This document shows, piece by piece, positions 47,001-55,717 of a stretch of DNA of 63,877 nucleotides. Numbering within the stretch: the first letter of the stretch is position 1; every line of letters starts with the position of its first letter. The notes beneath the pieces were generated by a model. That model saw only the letters and a program-made list of their open reading frames with translations. It was not told the origin of the DNA and did not search any database. Source of the stretch: an uncultured Alphaproteobacteria bacterium (GTDB lineage Bacteria > Pseudomonadota > Alphaproteobacteria > CAAHEQ01 > UBA3637); contig CALARE010000092.1 of the NCBI GenBank assembly GCA_937888725.1, positions 1-63,877 of the forward strand. The letters run 5' to 3'. A program made the position numbers and the translations under genes.

Positions 47001-47570
47001 TATTGATGGGTTTGCTTTTATTCTAACAATTTTGTTTGGTTGTATTTGTTCTAATGATTTTGCTTCAAACGAATTTGTTATAGAAATAGGTTGTGATATA
47101 TTGGGTTCGATTATATCCTGTTCAATATCCTTAGATTTTATCATCAATTGTTTCACTGATGCTATGAATTCATCATTCGCACCAATTCCAGATAAAAAGA
47201 AATATAATGTATCTATATCTCTATTCATTTCTATATCAGAAAAATCATCAGTTTGATGTGCATACTTGTTTCTAATGATTTGCAATTCTTTTAAATAAGA
47301 TCTTAATTGCGGATTTAAATGATATTTAGAATTTAAATCATACCAGTTCTTGTCAAAAATTCTTAATAAACAAGATAAATCTAATTTATTAAGACTATCA
47401 ATTTGCTTTTGTTTTATCATTATATCTTGTTGGTATGATAATTTAGGTAAAACCATATTTTCCCAATAATTATCATCAATAGCAGTCATTTTAGTTTGAA
47501 GCCAAAAAGATAACTCTTTTTTTGCTTTAAATAAAGCATTTTGAATTTCTATAGAACGATTCATTTTCAC
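44070..47570 (-). CDS. HEPN-like (Swt1-type Rx4H) domain fused to a RapA-like Swi2/Snf2 ATPase, 1166 aa
   Basis: The N-terminus carries [14 protein letters not shown] (R100..H105, encoded at 47256..47273). Helicase motifs: I [75 protein letters not shown]. The last closely resembles RapA QRIGRLDRIGQ. Confidence 0.8.
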   Translation of the reverse strand: [1166 protein letters not shown]

Positions 47571-47635
47571 TCCTTATAAAATCATTTTAATATTATGTTA
47601 TACGCTTTTTTTACAAAAGTCTATACCGTAATTCT

Positions 47636-47675
47636 CGAGTGAGTCTCACTCGGAAAAGTGTTACACGATGTAACA
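47636..47675 (-). promoter_or_regulatory. Two adjacent perfect 7-bp palindromes between the 63-aa ORF and the helicase gene
   Basis: CGAGTGA-GTC-TCACTCG (47636..47652) and TGTTACA-CGA-TGTAACA (47659..47675). They lie upstream of an AT-rich TTGTAA...TAATAT promoter-like stretch (47590..47616) and the AAGGAG RBS of the helicase. Confidence 0.35.
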
Positions 47676-47677
47676 GA

Positions 47678-47869
47678 TTATTCTTTATCTTCATTTTTTG
47701 GTTTATATTCTTTAAAAGGTGTATCAGGATACATTTTTAAATAGATATCAAAAAAACGGTAAACCTTTTTATAAGGTAGACCTAGTCTGTGTAATCTGAG
47801 TAATTTTCCAGCTATTCCATATTTATTGCTTTTCATAATTTGGTGGGCTTTATATAAATCAAAAATCAT
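47678..47869 (-). CDS. Hypothetical 63-aa basic protein
   Basis: Strong RBS AAAGGAGAAAAAAAA before the ATG. No recognisable motif (MIFDLYKAHQIMKSNKYGIAGKLLRLHRLGLPYKK...). Confidence 0.45.
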   Translation of the reverse strand: MIFDLYKAHQIMKSNKYGIAGKLLRLHRLGLPYKKVYRFFDIYLKMYPDTPFKEYKPKNEDKE

Positions 47870-47887
47870 TTTTTTTCTCCTTTAAAT

Positions 47888-47916
47888 GAAAAAAAACTGC
47901 CTAAATGGGCAGTTTT
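47888..47916 (-). terminator. Intrinsic terminator (minus strand)
   Basis: AAAACTGCC-CATTTA-GGCAGTTTT on the minus strand, followed by a T-run of ~8. Confidence 0.7.
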
Positions 47917-47994
47917 GTTATGTTAAAAAGTGTTTTTAAGTTTGTAAATTAATTGTATTATATCAATTAGGCGTTGTCAAATAGATGAAGAAAA

Positions 47995-48022
47995 CTCCCT
48001 TAAATCTTTCGACTTAAGGGAG
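47995..48022 (-). terminator. Hairpin immediately 3' of tRNA-Thr
   Basis: CTCCCTTAA-GTCGAAAGAT-TTAAGGGAG on the minus strand, followed by TTTTCTTC. Confidence 0.65.
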
Positions 48023-48025
48023 AAA

Positions 48026-48101
<76 letters not shown>

Positions 48102-48146
48102 ATTCCTAACTCATCCACTTATGATAAGGAATGTGCTTTAAAAAAA

Positions 48147-48359
48147 TTAACGCTCAACGCCATACTCTGGTGTTGGTGGTAATGAATTATTAGCTTTAAG
48201 TACTTCAGAAAAACCCTTGGCTTGTTCACCATACCCTGTTGCGGCTGCAACACGACCACTAGCAAATGATACAGTGTTATTTTCAAAACCAGCTTTAAAA
48301 GCTTCAATATCACCTAGAACTTGTTCACTGTTTTGGGATAATGTTTCGTTATTTGTCAT
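48147..48359 (-). CDS. Hypothetical 70-aa protein
   Basis: An AAAGGAAAA RBS precedes the ATG. No recognisable motif. Confidence 0.45.
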   Translation of the reverse strand: MTNNETLSQNSEQVLGDIEAFKAGFENNTVSFASGRVAAATGYGEQAKGFSEVLKANNSLPPTPEYGVER

Positions 48360-48495
48360 TGCATTTTCCTTTGTCTAACTTTTCTCTATTTTTGCGTAGC
48401 ATAGCATGTGAAATCAAAACTGTCAACCCTTTTTTTTGATTTTTTTAATTTTTATAAGTTTTAAATAACATATTGTTCTGTTTAACAAAAATAAA

Positions 48496-49206
48496 TTAAA
48501 AATCAAATAGGGTTAATTGTTCATTATCTTCTTCATCAGTTTTGGACAAGTGTTTGAACGAAAGAACATCATCTAAAGCTTCTTTCATCAATGGAATGGT
48601 GATAGCTCTACCTTGACCTAAGGATAAATTGTCTGCTTTTTCAACCACTTGCTGTACGAGTGAAAAAGAAGTTGGTAATCGTTTTAAAATATATTCAAGC
48701 ACATTTGGTTGCAACTGCAAATGTTTGTCACTAAACAATTTAATCAATAACATAGCAAGAACATCGACATCAGGCATTAAAATCGTTGTTCGAGGGACCG
48801 TGTGCATCCGTGTTGCTAAATCTCTTAATTGAAAGACAGGTTCCTTTGTTGCGGTCATCAACAAAAATTTGCCTTGATCTTTAATTTGATTAAATAAATG
48901 GAATAAGGCTCGTTCATTTCTTAATTTATCAACATTCTTAATGACAACTTTATCCACATAATCTGGTAAAATAAAGTATTCATTCAAAATTCGAGCATCA
49001 ACGTGATAATTTGAAAAAATAGAGGCTAAATGTGTTTTGCCACTTCCTGGTTCGCCACAAATCAAAAACGCAAAATATGGCCAATTTGGGTATCTATCAA
49101 TCCAACGGACAGCTTCTTCATTACAAGGTGCGACAATAAAATCCGCACGACCAAAAGCTTTGCGATATGAAAGTAAAAGAGGAAGCTGTTCAAAAGATTT
49201 ATTCAT
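48496..49206 (-). CDS. hdaA: DnaA regulatory inactivator Hda/HdaA
   Basis: DnaA-like AAA+ module without a DNA-binding domain: Walker A GEPGSGKTHLASIF, box VII-like region; 236 aa. Confidence 0.8.
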   Translation of the reverse strand: MNKSFEQLPLLLSYRKAFGRADFIVAPCNEEAVRWIDRYPNWPYFAFLICGEPGSGKTHLASIFSNYHVDARILNEYFILPDYVDKVVIKNVDKLRNERALFHLFNQIKDQGKFLLMTATKEPVFQLRDLATRMHTVPRTTILMPDVDVLAMLLIKLFSDKHLQLQPNVLEYILKRLPTSFSLVQQVVEKADNLSLGQGRAITIPLMKEALDDVLSFKHLSKTDEEDNEQLTLFDF

Positions 49207-50312
49207 TATCCTCCTTTTTTATCCGTTGCATCAGATGCAGATCTGTTGGCATCTTGAGATGTTAAATAAATGGGTGTTTTTTTATACCACATAATTGTGT
49301 GGCGAACAAAAACGGCAATGATAGCGGCAACTGGAACGGCAAGTAAGACACCTAAAAATCCAAATAATGAACCGCCAGCTAATAATGCAAAAATAACCCA
49401 AACAGGATGCAATCCAACTTTGTCACCTACTAACTTTGGCGTTAATACATAACTTTCAAGTACTTGTCCAATTAAAAAGACGCTTGCAATACCAATCCAA
49501 AGGCCTATTGATGCGGCTTGAACCAATGCCAACAAACAGCTCAAGACAACGCCAGTTAAGAAACCAAAATAAGGTATAAATGACAAAATGCCCGATAATA
49601 ATCCTACTAAAAGACCAAAATCAAGACCAATAACAGAAAGTGAAATGCCATAAAATAAACCAAGCAACAAACAAACAGACGCTTGCCCTCTGATAAAACC
49701 TGATAACGCTCTGTTAATTTCTGAAAAAATGATTTTTGCTTTTCCTTTTGCATTTTCTGGAATCATATCAGCGACCTTTTTTTCAACATGACGCCAATCC
49801 CGTAAAACATAAAACAATACAACTGGCGTGATTAAAATAAGAGAAATAATATTAAAGAAAACAATTCCCCCTGTCAACATTTTTAACAGTTTTGTGCTGA
49901 GCGTATTAAATAATGAAAAAATAGTTGTTGAAACAGCATCTGAAATTTGTCTTAATTGTTCTTGAGATATATTTTCTTTTGTATAAAGCATAACAGCTTG
50001 AATTTTTTGCCATAAGACATCTGCTAAAACTGGGACTTTACCCATTAAAGCTAGAATCTGTGTTTGTAGAATTGGGATTAATATTAAAAAAACACCAATG
50101 ACAAAAAAACAAAACAAGCCTGTGGTAATTGATGTTGCGAATGTGCGTGAAAGACGACGTTTTTGTAAAGAGACAACAAATGGATGCAAAAAATAAGCTA
50201 ATATAAACGCCAAAACAAAAGGCAATAATATGCCAGAAATTTCAATTGTAAACCATGTTAGTCCAGCGAGTATTAGAAATATAATCAGTAAAGCTTTTTG
50301 AAATTTTGTCAT
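49206..50312 (-). CDS. AI-2E family transporter (PerM/YhhT-like permease)
   Basis: About 8 TM helices; the C-terminal region LESYVLTPKLVGDKVGLHPVWVIFALLAGGSLFGFLGVLLAVP is typical of the family. Confidence 0.85.
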   Translation of the reverse strand: MTKFQKALLIIFLILAGLTWFTIEISGILLPFVLAFILAYFLHPFVVSLQKRRLSRTFATSITTGLFCFFVIGVFLILIPILQTQILALMGKVPVLADVLWQKIQAVMLYTKENISQEQLRQISDAVSTTIFSLFNTLSTKLLKMLTGGIVFFNIISLILITPVVLFYVLRDWRHVEKKVADMIPENAKGKAKIIFSEINRALSGFIRGQASVCLLLGLFYGISLSVIGLDFGLLVGLLSGILSFIPYFGFLTGVVLSCLLALVQAASIGLWIGIASVFLIGQVLESYVLTPKLVGDKVGLHPVWVIFALLAGGSLFGFLGVLLAVPVAAIIAVFVRHTIMWYKKTPIYLTSQDANRSASDATDKKGG

Positions 50313-50323
50313 CTTTGCCCTCT

Positions 50324-51523
50324 TTATAACATATTATTTTCGATACTATTTTCGCCGTTGTCGCCAGCTTGAGTTGGTAACGCGTTTAAATTACCATGCT
50401 CATTTATTGAATCATTTGATGTGTTAATGGTTTCATTTGTTGTAGAATGTGTAGAAAGCGGTTCTAAAACTTCTGTTAATAAAAATAAAGGTTGTTCATT
50501 TTCGGTTAAACCATAATTTTCAATAAGCATTTGATGTAATTTTAATTTTTGAGCTAATTCCTCAGCACTTCCCCGAAAAGAAATATCAACAGATAATAAT
50601 TTATTTTTAAAACCTTTGATTTCAACCTGTTCAGCAAAACCAAGTTGATTGATTTTGTCTTTAACTCGTTTTAAATCAGATACCTTTGAAACGGGTGTCA
50701 CAATATGATAAATTTCAATGGCATTTGTCGTTTTTGTTGAAAGATAAATCCACTTTTTTTTCATATTGCGAAAGGCATCAAAAACAAGATCTTTAACAAC
50801 TTTTCGAATATCTGTTCTGTCATCTGTTAAGGATAGAGATATATGGGCTTGCGTTGCAGAATTATTTGGTAAAACCTTGGTTTTAACTTCGTACAAATCA
50901 CCTGTCTTTTTGATATGTAGAATCAGGAGTGATGTAAGTCCGTTTTCATTTAATAATTTTTTATAAGCATTGAATGAGGATTGTTCCCATGCCTTTTGTG
51001 CTTCAGCTAATTTGACAGGTGTATTTTCAATCATTTTAATTTGGAAAAGATCAAATGTTGGTTTCTCATTGAGCCAATAGGTATAAATAGGATTGTCTGG
51101 GTGAAAAACCAGTGTTTTTGTTTCATCCTCAAATACGGGGATAAGGAGCATCGGTTCGGGGAGTGTATTTAAAAATTGAACGCCCTTTTCAGTTAATAGC
51201 TGTCTAATAGGATCGGCTTTAAAACGAACAGTTATGGCACCACTATAATTTTGAGTAGCCATTTTTTCATTTGAGAGAGAAACATCTTGCACAAACGGTG
51301 TAATATCTAGTGTTTCATCAAAAATAGCTGCTGCTTCTGTATGAACAATTTTAGAAATCAATTGATTAAATGCTTCCTTTTTTCCAATTTCAACGGCATT
51401 TTCCTGTGCTTCAATTACATTTTCGCCTGTTGCAGAAACAGGAATATCAGTTAAAACAAATACATCAGAGGCAGTTGCATTAAAAGAAAGAAAAAATGTT
51501 ATGAACGCAAATATTTTTTTCAT
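50324..51523 (-). CDS. Secreted hypothetical protein (possibly DUF2066 family)
   Basis: Signal peptide MKKIFAFITFFLSFNATASDV. The DUF2066 suggestion rests only on my recollection that such genes precede AI-2E permease-hda in other proteobacteria. Confidence 0.5.
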   Translation of the reverse strand: MKKIFAFITFFLSFNATASDVFVLTDIPVSATGENVIEAQENAVEIGKKEAFNQLISKIVHTEAAAIFDETLDITPFVQDVSLSNEKMATQNYSGAITVRFKADPIRQLLTEKGVQFLNTLPEPMLLIPVFEDETKTLVFHPDNPIYTYWLNEKPTFDLFQIKMIENTPVKLAEAQKAWEQSSFNAYKKLLNENGLTSLLILHIKKTGDLYEVKTKVLPNNSATQAHISLSLTDDRTDIRKVVKDLVFDAFRNMKKKWIYLSTKTTNAIEIYHIVTPVSKVSDLKRVKDKINQLGFAEQVEIKGFKNKLLSVDISFRGSAEELAQKLKLHQMLIENYGLTENEQPLFLLTEVLEPLSTHSTTNETINTSNDSINEHGNLNALPTQAGDNGENSIENNML

Positions 51524-51661
51524 GCCAAGTCCTTTTTTGTTGAAGATTACAGATTAGATTGATATACTCAACATAAACAAATGCTATAAGATGACTCTAA
51601 TAACAAATTAAGGTTATTTTATCAAATTCAAATAAAAAGAGCAACAAAAAAGAAAGGATAA

Positions 51662-52021
51662 ATGATGGAATATAATGCCGATAACGTATTTGCAAAAATT
51701 ATTCGCGGAGAGATACCTTGCAATAAGATTTATGAGGATGACTTTGCACTTGCTTTTTATGATATTGCACCCAAAGCAAAAGTACATGCGTTGGTGATTG
51801 CAAAAGCAATGGTCGTTGATTTTGCTGATTTTATTGAACATTCAACAGCCGATGAAATTGAAGGATATATGCGTGCAATTGTAAAAACAGCTGAAATTTT
51901 GGGTGTAGATGAAACGGGCTATCGTCTTGTGTTTAATTCTGGTGCTGATAGTGGGCAAGAAGTTCCCCATTTGCATGCTCATATTTTGGGGGGAGAGAAG
52001 CTCCCAACAAGCCATTTATAA
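51662..52021 (+). CDS. HIT family (histidine triad) nucleotide hydrolase
   Basis: FAKIIRGEIP and the HLHAHILGG triad; 119 aa. Confidence 0.92.
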   Translation: MMEYNADNVFAKIIRGEIPCNKIYEDDFALAFYDIAPKAKVHALVIAKAMVVDFADFIEHSTADEIEGYMRAIVKTAEILGVDETGYRLVFNSGADSGQEVPHLHAHILGGEKLPTSHL

Positions 52022-52038
52022 AGATAGGGTATATAAAA

Positions 52039-52072
52039 AAAGAGCTTCTATTTTTTAGAGGCTCTTTTTTTT
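52039..52072. terminator. Bidirectional terminator between convergent HIT and pilin-like genes
   Basis: AAAGAGCTTCTA-TTTTT-TAGAGGCTCTTT with A- and T-runs on either side. Confidence 0.8.
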
Positions 52073-52086
52073 GATCGCTATATCGC

Positions 52087-52521
52087 CTAATCACTTAAAG
52101 ATTTTTTTGCTTTAAAAGTAAGTGTTAATTGTGTATTTCCACTTGATGTAGCGGTAAACGGACCTGCATCATTCATAAAGTGCATAACGATATTTTTATG
52201 TAAATTTGCAAAATGAATAGCATAACAGTGTGTCCCCCTTTTTTGGGTTTCACAAGTAACTTCTTCAATTGTGTAAGCCCGTCCTAACCCCATTCGTGCT
52301 TTTTGGTAAAAAGCTTCTAACTCATCGATAGAGCGAATCTGTTTACTGTCTATCAGAGCGATAGATTTATAAATAGTATCTTCGATAAGGGATAATTCAA
52401 ATTGCAGATTTAAATAGCGATATCCTTGAATCCCAGCGACAGATAATAACCCAACGACGCCAAGGACGGCTAACATTTCAACCATTGTTCGGCCTGTTTC
52501 TTGCAATTTTTTTAAAATCAT
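52087..52521 (-). CDS. Prepilin-type N-terminal cleavage/methylation domain protein (pilin or pseudopilin-like)
   Basis: QETG/RTMVEMLAVLGVVGLLSVAGIQGY has the class III signal layout (Gly, then xTxxE at +5, then a hydrophobic helix), with Arg at +1 instead of Phe/Met. Confidence 0.65.
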   Translation of the reverse strand: MILKKLQETGRTMVEMLAVLGVVGLLSVAGIQGYRYLNLQFELSLIEDTIYKSIALIDSKQIRSIDELEAFYQKARMGLGRAYTIEEVTCETQKRGTHCYAIHFANLHKNIVMHFMNDAGPFTATSSGNTQLTLTFKAKKSLSD

Positions 52522-52537
52522 TTTCTCTCCTTATTTA

Positions 52538-55500
52538 TTAAATGTTGTTTTTATCTGTTTGTTTTGACTTTTTTTTGGTTTTTTTCTCAAAAAGTACAGC
52601 TGATTTATTGCCATTGTAATATCTTTCAACCATTGTTTGGAACACCACATATAAGGCTGGAATAAAGAAAATTCCAATAAATGACGATACAAACAATCCA
52701 CCAAAGATTGAAGAACCAATCGCTTGTCTTGCCATTGCACCAGCACCAGATGAAATAACCAAAGGTAGGAACCCTAATAATGCGGCAATAGCGGTCATCA
52801 TAATAGCTCTAAAGCGCATATGAGCCCCATTGATAGCTGCTTCTTTAATTGAGGCACCTTTAGCATGTTCTTCTTTTGCAAATTCAACTAACAAAATGGC
52901 ATTTTTTGCTGCTAAAGCAATTAACACAATGATACCAGCTTGAGCATAAAGGTCATTGGTAATAGAACGCATCCATAAGAAACCAACCGCACCAAATAAT
53001 CCAATAACAATTGAAACCATAACGGGTACAGGGATAATCCAACTTTCATAAAGAGCAACAAGGAACAAATATGCAAATAAGAATGCAAGAACAAAGATAA
53101 TCGCTGTTTGTGACCCAGCCTCTTGTTCTTGTAAACTCATTCCTGTCCATTGATATTGATATCCAGTTGGCAATACCTTTGCTGAGATTTCTTCCATCGC
53201 TTGCATAGCAGAGCCTGAGCTCAAACCAGCAGCAGGTGCCGCAGTAATTTTAACAGAACGATAGTTGTTATAACGTTGGATTGATTGTGCCCCAATTGTT
53301 CGTTTAACTGTGATTAAAGAACGTAAAGGAACCATTTCACCTTTTTTATTGCGGATATTGATTTTATAAATATCATCTAAAGTACGCCTGTCTTGAACAT
53401 CACCTTGAACATTTACTTGCCATGTTCTACCATATAAGTTAAAGTCATTGATATATGTCCCCCCAAGCATTGTTTGCATTGTTGAGAAAATATCAGCTAT
53501 TTCAACGCCTAAGGCATATGCTTTTTTGCGATCAACAATCACTTCAACACGGGGTGAATCCACGGTGTAAAATGTCATCACACGTTGCAATCTAGGGTCC
53601 TTATTCCCTTCTTGAATAATTCGATTGGCAACATTTAAAATAGTTTCAGGTGAATCCCCTTGTGTACTTTGTAAAACGTACTCAGCATCAGAAGTCATAC
53701 TAATACCTGAAATAGCTGGCATATTAAATGGGAAGATGCGAGCTTCTTTAATATCCATAGTCATCATATAAATTTTGGATATTAAACTATCGACATCTTG
53801 CCCCTTTCCTTGGCGTTCAGCATATGGTTTTAAGTGAACGGCAAAGAACCCATTAGAAGATGATTGTACGCCACTCATAATACCATAACCAATAATTGCC
53901 ATATAAGAGTCAACTTCAGGCATTTGTTTAATGCGTTCTGCTACTTTTTTCATGGCTTCTTCCGTTCTATTCCAAGAGGCACCAGAAGGAAGCTGAACTT
54001 CCATCAAAAAAGCCCCCTGATCTTCGGCTGGCAAGAACCCTGATGGTGTAATTTTCATGATTCCCCAAGCAGCTATACCAAACAATATAACGGCAAATAC
54101 TGATAAAATAGCCGCAGGCATGGTCTTTTTAACAATTTTAGAGTATCCATGACGGCATTTATCAATAAAATTCATAATTTTTTGAACCCATTTAAATGGT
54201 TTGTCATTTGCACGCATAATCACCGCTGCAACGGCAGGTGATAATGTTAAAGAGTTTATTCCAGAAATGACCATAGCTGCCGAAATTGCAATAGCAAATT
54301 GTCGATACAAAAGACCTGAAATCCCAGGTGTAAATGCTACAGGAACAAATACCGCTAATAACACAAGTGTAATTGCAATAATTGGGGCTGTAATTCGATT
54401 CATTGATTTTGAAACAGCCTCTTGCGGTGGCAATTCAGGGTTTTCATGCATAATTGTTTCAACATCTTCGACGACCACAATAGCGTCATCAACCACAATA
54501 CCAATTGCTAACACTAAAGCTAATAATGAAATAGTATTTGCTGAAACACCAAAAATACTCATTCCAACAAATGCACCAATCAAAGAAACAGGAATAGCAA
54601 GTGTTGGAATAATCGTGGCTCTAAAAGTTCCTAAGAAAAAGTATGTTACCAATACAATTAATAAAAAGGCTTCAAAAATAGTTTGGAAAATTTCACCTAA
54701 AGAATCCTCAACGAACTCAGCATTGTTAAAAACAGTGCTAAATTGAATTTCGGCAGGCATTTTCTTTTGCAATTCAATCACTTTTTTGTTCACGGCACTT
54801 GCAACATCAACAGCGTTTGAGCCTGGTGCTTGGAAAATAGCAATACCCACAGCGGGCAGACCATTATACATGGCACGCATTTCTTCTGATTTAGAACCTA
54901 GCTCAATTCTAGCAATGTCTTTTAGATATAGATATGAGCCATCTGTATTTGCTCTAATAACAATATCCCCAAATTCTTCGGGGGTTGAAAGGCGTCCTTG
55001 TGTCGTGAGTGAAAATTGAAATTGTTGATCGGGTGTTGATGGCATCACACCGATTCGACCAAGGGAACCTTGTAAATTCTGTCCTTGAATAGCTTTTAAC
55101 ACATCGCTGGTTGATAATTTTAAACTTTTGAGTTTGTCGCTATCAAGCCAAACACGCATAGAATAATCAAGTGTGGAGAACACACGCACATCACCAACAC
55201 CATTTGTTCTGGCTAATTCATCTTTAATGTTAATGAGCGTGTAGTTTGTTAAAAAGACATCATCATAAGCAGGGTTTGAAGATGAAACCGTAAAAATCTG
55301 TAACATAGAGGACATTTTTGATTGAACAATGACCCCTTGTTTTAAAACTTCAGCGGGTAATGTACTTTCAACTTGTTTTAATCTATTTTGAACATTGACA
55401 GCTGCAATGTTTGGATCTGTACCAATATTAAAAGTAACACTCAAATTGTAGGAACCATCATCACTGCTGGTTGATGACATATAAAGCATATCTTCAACAC

Positions 55501-55714
55501 CATTGACAACAGACTCAATTTGTTGAGCAACCGTTGATTCAACAACATCAGCACTTGCCCCTGGGTAGGTGGCAGAAACAGAAACAGATGGTGGAACAAT
55601 GTTAGGATACTGTTCAACAGGCATTGCACTCATACACAATAACCCTGCCAATACAATAACAATAGATAGAACGGTTGCTAAACGTGGTCTTTTAATAAAG
55701 GCATCTGATATCAT
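52538..55714 (-). CDS. RND efflux transporter, inner-membrane permease (AcrB/HAE1 family)
   Basis: 1058 aa, starting [24 protein letters not shown]; 12-TM layout with two large periplasmic loops; [10 protein letters not shown] motif. Confidence 0.95.
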   Translation of the reverse strand: MISDAFIKRPRLATVLSIVIVLAGLLCMSAMPVEQYPNIVPPSVSVSATYPGASADVVESTVAQQIESVVNGVEDMLYMSSTSSDDGSYNLSVTFNIGTDPNIAAVNVQNRLKQVESTLPAEVLKQGVIVQSKMSSMLQIFTVSSSNPAYDDVFLTNYTLINIKDELARTNGVGDVRVFSTLDYSMRVWLDSDKLKSLKLSTSDVLKAIQGQNLQGSLGRIGVMPSTPDQQFQFSLTTQGRLSTPEEFGDIVIRANTDGSYLYLKDIARIELGSKSEEMRAMYNGLPAVGIAIFQAPGSNAVDVASAVNKKVIELQKKMPAEIQFSTVFNNAEFVEDSLGEIFQTIFEAFLLIVLVTYFFLGTFRATIIPTLAIPVSLIGAFVGMSIFGVSANTISLLALVLAIGIVVDDAIVVVEDVETIMHENPELPPQEAVSKSMNRITAPIIAITLVLLAVFVPVAFTPGISGLLYRQFAIAISAAMVISGINSLTLSPAVAAVIMRANDKPFKWVQKIMNFIDKCRHGYSKIVKKTMPAAILSVFAVILFGIAAWGIMKITPSGFLPAEDQGAFLMEVQLPSGASWNRTEEAMKKVAERIKQMPEVDSYMAIIGYGIMSGVQSSSNGFFAVHLKPYAERQGKGQDVDSLISKIYMMTMDIKEARIFPFNMPAISGISMTSDAEYVLQSTQGDSPETILNVANRIIQEGNKDPRLQRVMTFYTVDSPRVEVIVDRKKAYALGVEIADIFSTMQTMLGGTYINDFNLYGRTWQVNVQGDVQDRRTLDDIYKINIRNKKGEMVPLRSLITVKRTIGAQSIQRYNNYRSVKITAAPAAGLSSGSAMQAMEEISAKVLPTGYQYQWTGMSLQEQEAGSQTAIIFVLAFLFAYLFLVALYESWIIPVPVMVSIVIGLFGAVGFLWMRSITNDLYAQAGIIVLIALAAKNAILLVEFAKEEHAKGASIKEAAINGAHMRFRAIMMTAIAALLGFLPLVISSGAGAMARQAIGSSIFGGLFVSSFIGIFFIPALYVVFQTMVERYYNGNKSAVLFEKKTKKKSKQTDKNNI

Positions 55715-55717
55715 TTA

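Larger units (their letters stand above)
40617..48025. other. AT-rich accessory islet between frr and the 3' end of tRNA-Thr
   Basis: It holds four minus-strand ORFs unrelated to the flanking housekeeping genes. Spot counts of single 60-nt lines gave ~25% G+C inside and ~35% in ftsZ. No integrase or att repeat was found. Confidence 0.55.

Noticed and set aside
40866-47570. Assignment of the helicase/GHKL pair to DISARM, Zorya, BREX, Hachiman, or housekeeping RapA
   Set aside because: There is no methyltransferase, DrmA/DrmB, ZorA/B, PglX/PglZ or HamA-like gene. The Snf2 motor is RapA-like in motifs I and VI, but housekeeping RapA has no N-terminal Rx4H HEPN-like domain and no GHKL partner.
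54201-54746. 181-aa plus-strand ORF (and 54786..55019) inside the RND permease gene
   Set aside because: These are antisense shadow ORFs. The minus-strand frame encodes an uninterrupted 1058-aa AcrB-family protein.
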